Of a DNA stretch of 30,871 nucleotides, positions 1 through 8,760 are shown one piece after another. The position numbers were made by a program, and so were the translations under genes. Each line of letters begins with the position of its first letter. The stretch's first letter is position 1. A model generated the notes under the pieces. The model had not been told where the DNA came from. It saw only the letters and a program-made list of their open reading frames with translations, and searched no databases. The DNA comes from an uncultured Eubacteriales bacterium (GTDB lineage Bacteria; Acidobacteriota; Aminicenantia; Aminicenantales; UBA4085): positions 1-30,871 of the forward strand of contig CAYSGA010000001.1 in NCBI GenBank assembly GCA_964430165.1, given 5' to 3'.

Positions 1-2
1 CA

Positions 3-1919
3 CACGGCGATTTCGTCCATAAAGCCTTCGGCAAGTCGGCGACCCGGGGAAAGGTCCTTGTCCTCGGCTTCGATGGGATGGACCCTCACCTCACTAACGT
101 CTGGATGAAGCAGGGAAAACTCCCCGCGTTTCAAAAGCTCGCCTCCCGGGGCGGCTTCCGCCGTCTCGGCACGTCTACGCCGCCGCAGAGCCCCGTCGCC
201 TGGTCGAACTGCATTAGCGGGATGAACCCGGGCGGCCACGGCATTTTCGATTTCATGCACCGCGACCCGAAAACGTACATTCCGATTTTTTCCGCCTCGG
301 CGACGGACGAAGCGGTCAAGACCGTCCGGATCGGAAAGTACGTCCTGCCCGTCAAGGGCGGCGAGGTCCGTAACCTGCGCCAAGGCCGGGCCTTCTGGCA
401 GATTCTCGAGGATCACGACATCCCGGCGACGATTTTCAAAATCCCCTCCAATTACCCGCCCGTCCAAACCCGGCAACGGACGTTTTCCGGCATGGGCACG
501 CCCGACCTGGTCGGGTCCTACGGAATCTTCAATTACTACACGACCGAGCCCCTGGAGTTGAACGAGGACATCGGCGGCGGCCGGATCCATATCGCCTACG
601 TCATCGGAAACCGCGTCGACGCCAAGCTTCCCGGCCCGGTCAACACGTTCCTTAAAGACCGGCCCGAGGCGGAGGTCGATTTCCGGGTGTACCTCGACTC
701 CTCCGCGGCCGTAGCCAAGGTCGCCCTTCCCGACCAGGAGTTCATCCTGAAAGAGAAGGAATGGAGCGGCTGGAAACGCGTCCGTTTCCACTTGATGCCG
801 ACCCAAAGCGTGACCGGCCTGGTCCGTTTCTATCTCAAGGAAATCCGGCCGAATTTCAAACTCTACGTCTCCCCCATCAACCTCGACCCGGCCGACCCGG
901 CCCTGCCGCTCTCCACGCCGGAGTCTTACGCCGCCGAGCTTGAGAAAAAATTCGGCCCGTTCTACACCAAGGGCCTCCCGGCCGACACGAGCGCCCTGGA
1001 CAACAACGTTCTCGACGAGGGTGAATTCCTGGCCCAGGACGGCCAAGTCCTCGAAGAAAGCCGGGCGATGCTGGAATACGAATTGAACCGGTTCGACTCC
1101 GGCCTGTTGTTCTATTACATCTCCAGCACCGACCAGCGTCAGCACATGTTCTGGCGCCTGCAGGACGAGGCCCATCCGGCCTTCGACGCCGCCCTGGCCG
1201 CCGAATACGGCGACGTGATCGAGAAGACCTACCGCCAGGCGGACGAAATCCTGGCCCAAACCCTGGCCGCGATCGACAAGGACACATCCGTGATCGTGAT
1301 GTCTGACCACGGCTTCAACCCCTATTACCGCAGTTTCAACCTCAACACCTGGCTTCTGTCCGAGGGTTATCACGTATTTAAAAACCCCTTCAAGAAAGTC
1401 GAAACCGAAATCGGATTCCCCTCGACGGACTGGTCGAGAACCCGGGCCTACGGCCTCGGACTCAACAGCCTCTACCTCAATCAGCGCGGCCGGGAAGGCG
1501 AAGGGGTCGTCGCCCCCGGAGCCGAGTCGGAAGCGCTCGCCCGGGAGATCGGCCGGAAACTCGAAGCGTATCGCGACCCGAAGACGAACGAACAGGTCAT
1601 CCTCCACGCCGCCGTCGCCCGGGACATTTATTCCGGCGCCCATGTCGGCGAAGCGCCCGACATCATCCTGGGGTTCAACCGCGGCTACCGCATATCGTTC
1701 CAGTCCCCCCTCGGCCGGACCGGCCGGGAGATTCTGGAAAACAACACCGAAAAATGGAGCGGCGACCACATGGGGGCGGCCGACGTCACGCCGGGGATCG
1801 TGCTGACCGACCGCCCCATCCGGGCTGAAGCCCCCGCCCTTTATGATTTGACAGCGACCATCCTCCAGACGTTCGGGATCGAACGCCCGGCCGAGATGGT
1901 CGGAAAACCGATTTTTTAG
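3..1919 (+). CDS. Alkaline phosphatase superfamily phosphodiesterase (type I phosphodiesterase/nucleotide pyrophosphatase-like, COG3379 type); 5' end lies outside the window
   Basis: Frame is open from base 3 (HGDFVHKAFGKSATRGKVLVLGFDGMDP), so the Met at 78 is internal to the first metal-binding motif xLGFDG. Also GTSTPPQSPVAWS nucleophile region, STDQRQH, VMSDHGF, WSGDH and YDLTATIL motifs. Confidence 0.88.
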   Translation, partial: HGDFVHKAFGKSATRGKVLVLGFDGMDPHLTNVWMKQGKLPAFQKLASRGGFRRLGTSTPPQSPVAWSNCISGMNPGGHGIFDFMHRDPKTYIPIFSASATDEAVKTVRIGKYVLPVKGGEVRNLRQGRAFWQILEDHDIPATIFKIPSNYPPVQTRQRTFSGMGTPDLVGSYGIFNYYTTEPLELNEDIGGGRIHIAYVIGNRVDAKLPGPVNTFLKDRPEAEVDFRVYLDSSAAVAKVALPDQEFILKEKEWSGWKRVRFHLMPTQSVTGLVRFYLKEIRPNFKLYVSPINLDPADPALPLSTPESYAAELEKKFGPFYTKGLPADTSALDNNVLDEGEFLAQDGQVLEESRAMLEYELNRFDSGLLFYYISSTDQRQHMFWRLQDEAHPAFDAALAAEYGDVIEKTYRQADEILAQTLAAIDKDTSVIVMSDHGFNPYYRSFNLNTWLLSEGYHVFKNPFKKVETEIGFPSTDWSRTRAYGLGLNSLYLNQRGREGEGVVAPGAESEALAREIGRKLEAYRDPKTNEQVILHAAVARDIYSGAHVGEAPDIILGFNRGYRISFQSPLGRTGREILENNTEKWSGDHMGAADVTPGIVLTDRPIRAEAPALYDLTATILQTFGIERPAEMVGKPIF

Positions 1920-1928
1920 GAGACGCCG

Positions 1929-2120
1929 ATGGGCACGGAAAAAATCAAAATCGACGCGGACCTCATGTCCAAAGTCCGCCAATTCGCCAAGTTATCCGGA
2001 TACGCCTCGCCCGAGGAGTTCGTCCAGCACTGCCTGGAACGCGAAATCTCCTCCCTTGAGGAATCGGATACCGAGGACGAGATCAAGAAAAAGCTCAAAG
2101 GGCTCGGATACATCGGCTGA
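1929..2120 (+). CDS. Small ribbon-helix-helix (CopG-like) protein with acidic linker and C-terminal LxxLGY tail
   Basis: AGGAG RBS just upstream; strand-helix-helix pattern (KIKID / ADLMSKVRQFAKLSG / SPEEFVQHCLEREI); tail EDEIKKKLKGLGYIG; stop overlaps the next start (TGATG at 2118-2122). Confidence 0.8.
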   Translation: MGTEKIKIDADLMSKVRQFAKLSGYASPEEFVQHCLEREISSLEESDTEDEIKKKLKGLGYIG

Positions 2121-2944
2121 TGGGCGTTCTGAATTCGATCCTCGGCGCTATCTTCGACGGCTTCTTCGCGCCCTTCCGCGCGTTCGGCCCCTGGCCGGGA
2201 ATGATCGTCATCTCCCTCGTCACCGGGATTGTGATGCTCCTCATTTTTAAAAAGACGTCGAACCAGGACGCGATCCGGCGGGCGAAGAATCAAATCAAGG
2301 CCCGCCTCCTGGAAATCCGCCTTTTCAAGAACGACACGGGCGCATCCTTCCGGTCCCAGGGCGCGATCCTCGGGGCAAACTTCCGTTACATGGGCCACGC
2401 CCTCCGGCCGATGCTGGTCATGTTCATCCCCGTCCTGCTCATCCTCGCCCAGCTTAACCTGCGCTACGGCGCGGCCTCGCTCCGCCCGGGCGAACAGGCC
2501 CTCGTCAAGATGACGCTGTCCGAGAAAGCCGGCGCGGAAGGGACGACCGCTTCTCTTCAATCGTCGGACGGCCTCGTGGTCGAAACGCCGCCGCTTCGCA
2601 TCGAAGAGGAAGGCGAGGTGGATTGGCGGATCAGGGCCGAAGCGCCGGGCCTTCACCGTCTGACGTTCAACGTCGGCGGCACGGCGGTAGAAAAATCAGT
2701 CTCCGTGGGACAAAACGCGCCGGCGAAAGTCGCCGCCCTCCGCGCCCGCAAGTTCATGGACCTGTTCCTCTACCCCGGCGAAAAACCGCTTCCGAAAAAC
2801 TCCCCCGTGGTCAAAATCGAGATCGGCTTTCCGGCCCAGCGGCTCCCCCTGCTCGGCGGGACCGTCCATTGGCTGGTCGCCTTTTTCGTCCTCTCGATGG
2901 TTTTCGGTTTCGGCCTCAAGGGCGTCTTCAAGGTCGAGATCTGA
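2120..2944 (+). CDS. Membrane protein, DUF106/EMC3/TMCO1-like (Oxa1 superfamily) with an inserted soluble beta-rich domain
   Basis: N-terminal amphipathic helix, TM1 (PWPGMIVISLVTGIVMLLIF), basic helical segment starting NQDAIRRAKNQIK, TM2 (LRPMLVMFIPVLLIL), about 130-aa beta-rich insert, TM3 (HWLVAFFVLSMVFGFGL). CDS is secure; family call is by recalled pattern. Confidence 0.65.
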   Translation: MGVLNSILGAIFDGFFAPFRAFGPWPGMIVISLVTGIVMLLIFKKTSNQDAIRRAKNQIKARLLEIRLFKNDTGASFRSQGAILGANFRYMGHALRPMLVMFIPVLLILAQLNLRYGAASLRPGEQALVKMTLSEKAGAEGTTASLQSSDGLVVETPPLRIEEEGEVDWRIRAEAPGLHRLTFNVGGTAVEKSVSVGQNAPAKVAALRARKFMDLFLYPGEKPLPKNSPVVKIEIGFPAQRLPLLGGTVHWLVAFFVLSMVFGFGLKGVFKVEI

Positions 2945-2948
2945 AATC

Positions 2949-2980
2949 CGGGGACAGGGCTAGAGGCCTGTCCCCGCTTT
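2949..2980. terminator. Probable intrinsic terminator between convergent genes
   Basis: Perfect 10-bp stem CGGGGACAGG (2949-2958) / CCTGTCCCCG (2967-2976), 8-nt loop, followed by CTTT; overlaps the stop codon of the opposing gene. Confidence 0.65.
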
Positions 2981-4105
2981 ATGCTGGGCGACGGGACGGG
3001 CCCGCGAATCGAGCCTCATATCCACCCGCATCTCGAGGGGACGGCCCTCGGCGTCCAGGAGCTTGAAGTCCAGGGACAAATCCTGAACCGTCCGGATGCG
3101 TTGCGCTCCCGGGTCGCCGGTCTTTTTCTTCAGGAACAGGTCCTTGAGCAACCCGCTGACGATGCCGATCGCGTCCAAAATCGAAAAGGAGCTGTTGAGG
3201 CCGGGATTGGCCCACGGGTCGTTCCGCTTGATGTTCCAATCCGGCTTGAGAAACATGGGGTTGTTGGACGGCTTCACGCCCAGCGCGAGCGGCTTGACGG
3301 TTTCGCGTCTTTGACTCGATAACAGCAGGTCGCCGCCGACGTACAGGGCGAGTCGGTATTCCCGGACCTTGGGCGGAAGCGGCGGAGGCGGAGGATCGGG
3401 TGTTCCGAGAGCCCGGGCCAGCTTGCCGACCTTCGGGGCTTCCGGCGGCTTGGGTTTCGGGGTGACCGGCCAGGAGACGGTCACGTCCAGAGTGATTTGC
3501 TTCTTTAAAATGAGAGGTCCCGATTTCACCTCGAGGAAATACGTCCGCCGCCGGGATTCGCGGAACAGGGCATTGGCGTCCAGGCCGAGGACGTTGAAGC
3601 CCGCTTGGAAAGCGCCGGCCTTAAGGACCTTGTCTCCCTCGAAAAACTTGAAAAACGCCGGAACGGAAATTTCCACGGCCAGGGGCAGCGTTCCTTCGGG
3701 GATGATGATTTCGTTCCCGGTCCCCTGAATAAGGGCGATTTCCCGAATCCAGGGATACTTCGCCCGCCACGGATTGAGATAGGACGCCACGATCGCCTGC
3801 CCGTTGAAATCGAGAAAGGCGAATCCCGAATCCTCCGCCCGGCCGGTTTCGAAAAATTCGATGATCCAGCGGGCTTCGGCTTCGGCCTCCCCGTCCTTTT
3901 TCGCGCAAAAGGCCAGAAGCGCCGCCGCCTCGGGCCGTTCGGCCTCCGGCAACCCGGGATAATCAATTTCGATCAACTCCGCGAGCGCCCGAAAATCGCC
4001 TCCCTCGGATACGGTCCGGGCCGCGATTTCCCGCCATTGGGCGGACGCGCCCGAAACGACGGCGGCCGTCAAAACCGCGGCCAGAACGATTTTCTTAAAG
4101 CCCAT
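2960..4105 (-). CDS. Hypothetical secreted protein (382 aa) with Pro-rich linker
   Basis: Start revised to ATG 4105: MGFKKIVLAAVLTAAVVSGASA-Q is a typical Sec signal peptide and overlaps the upstream stop at 4095-4097. Pro-rich segment PVTPKPKPPEAPK...PDPPPPPLPPK. No family recognised. Confidence 0.8.
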   Translation of the reverse strand: MGFKKIVLAAVLTAAVVSGASAQWREIAARTVSEGGDFRALAELIEIDYPGLPEAERPEAAALLAFCAKKDGEAEAEARWIIEFFETGRAEDSGFAFLDFNGQAIVASYLNPWRAKYPWIREIALIQGTGNEIIIPEGTLPLAVEISVPAFFKFFEGDKVLKAGAFQAGFNVLGLDANALFRESRRRTYFLEVKSGPLILKKQITLDVTVSWPVTPKPKPPEAPKVGKLARALGTPDPPPPPLPPKVREYRLALYVGGDLLLSSQRRETVKPLALGVKPSNNPMFLKPDWNIKRNDPWANPGLNSSFSILDAIGIVSGLLKDLFLKKKTGDPGAQRIRTVQDLSLDFKLLDAEGRPLEMRVDMRLDSRARPVAQHKAGTGL

Positions 4106-5042
4106 ATTGGAACACCAGCTGGATTTCGAGACTCGTCTCGGGAAAACCGTTCGGCAAGGCCGGCCACGGGCCGCTGCGGTCAATCGCCCGGAGGGCCGAG
4201 GCGTCGAGGAGGGCGATGTTCGACGAGGCCGAGACGTCGATCCCGTTCATTTCGCCGCTCTTCATCACCAGGACGGTGACGGTCACCCGGCCGCTCCACT
4301 CGGCCGACCACGCCTCCACCCCCAGGGTCCAGTTCCTTTGGACGGCGTTGAGGACGCCGTCCGCCCAGCCGGAGAGATCGAACGTTTTCACGTTTTCGGG
4401 GACGAAGGCCGCCACGACGCCGGCCGGCAGGGGCTTCAGGGTTCCGGTCCCGCCCGGAATCCCTTTTCCGCCGGACCCCGGTATCGCCGCCTCGCGCGTC
4501 CCGGCGGGCGGATGAAGGTATCGGGAGAAAGAACTTCCCGGCTTCGTCAATTCCCGCAAAGGACGAAGCCAGGCGTCCTCGGGAATCTGGGCGTATTTGG
4601 ACAGGTTGAGCATCGCGTCGGCCGGATAGACCAGGGAAAACCCGGACGCAAGCGACTCTTCCTTGTCCCGGCCGTAACCGCCGACCATCTCTCCGGTTGT
4701 TCCGCCGGGAGGAGCACCCTCTCCGGCGGCGGTCCCGCCCTCGCCGACTCGGCGGCGTTCTTCCCCGGACGCGGGCCGCCCCGGCGTTCCGGGCCCGGCC
4801 GCGGCGACCTCGGCAGAGGCGTCCAGAGGGCGGGCGGATTCCCCGGACGGCGAAGCCTTGTATTTGATCCGGGGCGGGGGAACGAGGACGACGTCCGTCG
4901 TCTTTTCATTGAAATTCAGGATCTTGACGTCGATCCGCAGGGTGAGGGCAAAATAGAAGACGACGGCATGAAGGGCCAGGGAAAAAGCTAGAATGGCCCC
5001 CCGCATCAACCTCGTTTTTCTTTCGTCGTCGATGGAAATCAC
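4095..5042 (-). CDS. TonB/TolA-family protein with TonB C-terminal domain
   Basis: N-terminal TM with SxxxH motif (SLALH), long Gly/Pro/Ala/Glu-rich linker, C-terminal domain VQRNW...GRVTVTVLVMKSGE...SSNIALLDASALRAIDRSGPWPALP. Confidence 0.82.
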   Translation of the reverse strand: MISIDDERKTRLMRGAILAFSLALHAVVFYFALTLRIDVKILNFNEKTTDVVLVPPPRIKYKASPSGESARPLDASAEVAAAGPGTPGRPASGEERRRVGEGGTAAGEGAPPGGTTGEMVGGYGRDKEESLASGFSLVYPADAMLNLSKYAQIPEDAWLRPLRELTKPGSSFSRYLHPPAGTREAAIPGSGGKGIPGGTGTLKPLPAGVVAAFVPENVKTFDLSGWADGVLNAVQRNWTLGVEAWSAEWSGRVTVTVLVMKSGEMNGIDVSASSNIALLDASALRAIDRSGPWPALPNGFPETSLEIQLVFQYGL

Positions 5043-5082
5043 TCCTTTATTTAAACGCGGCCGGTTTCGAATCGTTGCGGGC

Positions 5083-7659
5083 TTACCGTTTTTCCAGAAT
5101 CACCGTATGGCCGAGATATTCGCCTTCGCGGCCGTCGGAAATCCGGACCTTCAGCCGGCCGTTTGCGACCGTCCCCCCGGAAACCGCCCCGACGAGATCC
5201 GGCCGGGCCAGGTCCAGATAGTAATCCGTTCCGGCCAAGCCTTCGAGGCTCAACTTCAGACCGGCGTTCGCCGTTTGTTCGCAGCGGAGGATCCGGAGTC
5301 CGCGGTTGGTCTCTCCCGTGCGGGTGGGATTCTCCGGCGGCAAAATCTCAAACGCCGGCGCGACGGCGATCGAAAAAACGTCCTCCCCGGTCAGGGTCGC
5401 GCTGAGGAACGGCTGTACCGCCTGGTCCCAGGGCTTCATTTCGACCTCCGGTTGGACGGGCCGTTTGTTGACGGCGGCTCCGACGATCCCGGTCCCCAAT
5501 CCGAAGACTGGAGCGAACGTCATCCGCACCGGATTCTTCGCCCGGCACCGCACCTTCGCCGTGACGTTCGTCGGCCCGCGCCGGTACTCGATGTCCAGGA
5601 CGGCGTCGCCGATCCGGATGTTTTCGACGTTTACCGCCTCCCAGTCCGCGGGAAAACGCGGAGAAAAGCCGAATTCCCCGGCCGGAGCGTCTGCGCTCAA
5701 ACCCAACAATCCCCGGAGAAGCGGAAAGACAACACCGGAGGAGGAAAATCCCTGGTGAGCGACGCCTTCCTGCGGCCAGACATTCAGGTTTCCGGAAAAC
5801 AACTCGGTGACGAACCCGAGACCGTTGTCGAACGTGTGGCGGACGGCGGCCCGAAGCAGGCCGTATCCCTGCAGGACGAAATTCCGTTCAAACATCGCCG
5901 CCGCGACCCAACCCGTCAGGAACGGCCAGACCGCTCCGTAATTGTAATTCAACGGTTCGTAGTAAGCGCTTCGGTTTGAGAGCATCCGCACGCCCCAATC
6001 CGTCGTCAGGTCGGCCGACCCCAGGCGTTGGAGGGCCCGGGCCGCTTTCTCCCCTTCCGTCAATCCCCAGACGATCGGGACGGCGCTCCACGGCGTCGAT
6101 TCCTCCACTTGCTGGCCGTCGGCGTCAAAGGCGTAGGCGTATTGCCCGGTCCCTTCGTTCCAAAACCCGGAGTTCAACGCCCGGCGGGCTTTCTCGAAAT
6201 CGGCGGCGGCCGTTTTTTCCGTTTCTCTGTCCTCTATTGCCCGGGCCAGTTCCCGCATCGCGAACGCCGCCCGTCCCCCGGCCGCGGCCAGGAAGATGTC
6301 GGTCTTGATATCCGTTAAAGCTCCGAATTCGAGCGCGCCCAAACCGGCTTTGGAATTGTCCATCAACCCGTCGCCGTCCGCGTCCGTCGATTTGCACCAG
6401 GCGTAGGCCTTGCGGATGGACGGCCAACTCGCGCGGATAAAATCGAGGTCTCCGCTCCACCGGAAGTATTCCAGGCAGGCGGCGATATAGAAGGGCGTCG
6501 TGTCGCCGTGGATATACGCGTAGGGATAATCCTCGAACCATTTGAGATAGCCGGCGGCTTGGGAAAGCTCATGGGCCATCTTCCCGTCCGCCCTCTGCCA
6601 TTTTTGGGTGAAGAGGAGGGCCGTTTTGACCCCGGAAAGGGCGCCGTACCCATCCAGGCTGAGGGAGTTCATGAACGCATCGCCGCCGAAGAACCACCCG
6701 AATCCGGGGCGACCGCCGGTCCCCGACGCGCCGAGCCCCGCGACCATCCCCTTCCCCAAGTCGGGATTCTCGATAAAAAGGTTGTCGTGAGCGATTTTGG
6801 CCCATTCGAAAGCCAGGTCGATCTCCGGCACGGGCGTCGATATCCGAAGCGTTTCCGCCCGGAGCTTCCGGTAGTGCTCCGCGGCTTCCCGGTAAACGGC
6901 CTCGGGAGACGCGGTCAACTCCTCGTAAATTTTTTTGATGTCGTTACGGGCGCCCTTTCCCCCCGCCATCACGACCGGGATGAACGCCTGTTTCACCTCG
7001 TCGGGCTTGTCGACCGCGATTTTGAATTGATTGGGCGTATCGGACAGCATATGGGCGGGTGTATAAGAGATTCCCGAAGCGGCTGGCGATCCCAAATAAC
7101 CGTGATTTTTTCGGGTCGGCTCGGAAATCAGGTAGGCCTTGACCGCGTCGTCCCAGGAGGCGTATTGCCCCCCGATTCCGGCGGGCCACATCGGCTGGAG
7201 GACGGGGAGGAAACTGCAGACGATCGTCAGGGGTTCGGTCGCGTCCACCGCCAGGAGGATGACCGCCCCGGGCTCGGAAACGGACGTGACGTAGGTCGCC
7301 CGGACGGTGAAAGATTGAAAGACATAGGTCAACGTCGTCGCCGCCGGAGTGACATCGATGTAACGGACGATATCCTCTCCGAGGATCGGCTGGGTGCTGG
7401 AACCGATGAAAAAGGAAAACTCAAAGTTGCGAAAAAGCTTTAGGGGATAAGCCCAGGCTTCGAACAAACCGCTTTCGGTTCCGAGGACGGCGAACTTCGG
7501 CCCCGTTTTATCGAAGTACGTCGCCGCCCGGGCGGAGCGGCTGAGGGTCAAATCGGAGGGCTCGAGGGCGAACCGCGGGATGAGCCCCGTCCCGGCCCGA
7601 AGGCCGGCGGCGCAAAAGACAAGACCGAGGGCGATTGCCGCCGAACGGCGGATGCGCAT
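5083..7659 (-). CDS. Secreted glycoside hydrolase with (alpha/alpha)6 barrel, amylo-alpha-1,6-glucosidase/glycogen-debranching-like
   Basis: Signal peptide MRIRRSAAIALGLVFCAAGLRA; motifs GFGWFFGGD, DGKMAHE, DTTPFYI, DADGDGLM, YNYGAVWPFLTGW, QGFSS typical of GDE_C-like six-hairpin glycosidases. Exact GH family and substrate uncertain. Confidence 0.78.
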   Translation of the reverse strand: MRIRRSAAIALGLVFCAAGLRAGTGLIPRFALEPSDLTLSRSARAATYFDKTGPKFAVLGTESGLFEAWAYPLKLFRNFEFSFFIGSSTQPILGEDIVRYIDVTPAATTLTYVFQSFTVRATYVTSVSEPGAVILLAVDATEPLTIVCSFLPVLQPMWPAGIGGQYASWDDAVKAYLISEPTRKNHGYLGSPAASGISYTPAHMLSDTPNQFKIAVDKPDEVKQAFIPVVMAGGKGARNDIKKIYEELTASPEAVYREAAEHYRKLRAETLRISTPVPEIDLAFEWAKIAHDNLFIENPDLGKGMVAGLGASGTGGRPGFGWFFGGDAFMNSLSLDGYGALSGVKTALLFTQKWQRADGKMAHELSQAAGYLKWFEDYPYAYIHGDTTPFYIAACLEYFRWSGDLDFIRASWPSIRKAYAWCKSTDADGDGLMDNSKAGLGALEFGALTDIKTDIFLAAAGGRAAFAMRELARAIEDRETEKTAAADFEKARRALNSGFWNEGTGQYAYAFDADGQQVEESTPWSAVPIVWGLTEGEKAARALQRLGSADLTTDWGVRMLSNRSAYYEPLNYNYGAVWPFLTGWVAAAMFERNFVLQGYGLLRAAVRHTFDNGLGFVTELFSGNLNVWPQEGVAHQGFSSSGVVFPLLRGLLGLSADAPAGEFGFSPRFPADWEAVNVENIRIGDAVLDIEYRRGPTNVTAKVRCRAKNPVRMTFAPVFGLGTGIVGAAVNKRPVQPEVEMKPWDQAVQPFLSATLTGEDVFSIAVAPAFEILPPENPTRTGETNRGLRILRCEQTANAGLKLSLEGLAGTDYYLDLARPDLVGAVSGGTVANGRLKVRISDGREGEYLGHTVILEKR

Positions 7660-7672
7660 GGAGGCCTCCCGT

Positions 7673-8734
7673 TCAGATTTGGACTTCGTAGACGTCGGGG
7701 ATATTCGAAAGCGACAGGTCCGGGTTGAAGGTCCAGCTCATTTGATTGACGCCGCGCGGGTAGGGGAAAAACCGGTTACGGTACAACACCCTGGCCGGGT
7801 AATTGCGACGTTTCCATTCGACCGTCCCGATGAACCCGGCGTCCTGGATCGCCACGAGATACGACCGGATGAAAGCCGCTCGCTCCGCGTTGGAGAGGCC
7901 GGGGAAAGCCACGTGATTGACCCAGGCCCAGCGTTCGATCGTCCGGCCGAGGTGATCGTGAAGAAGAAAGTTGATAAGGCCGGCGATCCGGCCGTCTTTT
8001 TCGTAGACCAGGGTCCGGGACACGTCGGGACACTCCAGTTCGTATCCCAGCTCCTCCCGGTCCCAGACGACGGCCAGGCGGAGCGAATCCTTGTAGGCGT
8101 TTAAAAGATCGAGGCATCCGTCCAGGTCGCCGGCCCGGTATTCCCGCAGCGGCAGGAGGCCCGTTCGTTTGGGCGGCCGTTGAGCGCCGATGAGCCGCAA
8201 GGCCGCTTTTTCATATCCCTTCAACCGCTCGGAATAGGCCGCCTGCGGCAGGTCGAGGACCCGACCGACGACGCCGGTTTTGCGGATCCATTCCATCCGG
8301 CCTTCGTTCTTGAGTTTGGCCATCATTTTCGTCGAACGATGCCCCGTCTCGAGAGTGAAAAGGGCGAAATCATAGCCGTATTGCCGGCTGATCTCGAGGG
8401 CCCGGCGGATGACGGCGAGGGCCACCCCCCGGCGCAAGTCGTCTTTTCGGGTGACCAGAAGACAACTGTATACGCCTCGGAAGGGTTTGCCCTGGAAGGA
8501 AAATTTCTGCGGCAGGTTCAGGAAAAAGGCGATGATTTGGTCTCCCCGGTAGGCGGCGACGACGTGATCGAGCTTTTCGGCCGGGATTCGCTCGATCAGG
8601 TAGCGCATAAACGCGGGCCGGTAGAAATTCGGGAAGGACGCCTCCCCGTACTCATCCCGCCAGGAAGCGTGGGCCATGCGTTCGAGCTCGTCATAATCGC
8701 CCCGGAAGGTCTCGATTGAATATCCGTCGGCCAT
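7673..8734 (-). CDS. Tandem-GNAT acyltransferase, N-myristoyltransferase-like (353 aa)
   Basis: Start revised to ATG 8734 (GAGAGGAG RBS; the longer ORF overlaps the upstream gene). GNAT motif A LLVTRKDDLRRGVA; second GNAT repeat starting LREYRAGDLDGCLDLL. Confidence 0.75.
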   Translation of the reverse strand: MADGYSIETFRGDYDELERMAHASWRDEYGEASFPNFYRPAFMRYLIERIPAEKLDHVVAAYRGDQIIAFFLNLPQKFSFQGKPFRGVYSCLLVTRKDDLRRGVALAVIRRALEISRQYGYDFALFTLETGHRSTKMMAKLKNEGRMEWIRKTGVVGRVLDLPQAAYSERLKGYEKAALRLIGAQRPPKRTGLLPLREYRAGDLDGCLDLLNAYKDSLRLAVVWDREELGYELECPDVSRTLVYEKDGRIAGLINFLLHDHLGRTIERWAWVNHVAFPGLSNAERAAFIRSYLVAIQDAGFIGTVEWKRRNYPARVLYRNRFFPYPRGVNQMSWTFNPDLSLSNIPDVYEVQI

Positions 8735-8760
8735 GCCGGCTCCTCTCTCGAAGGTATTTA

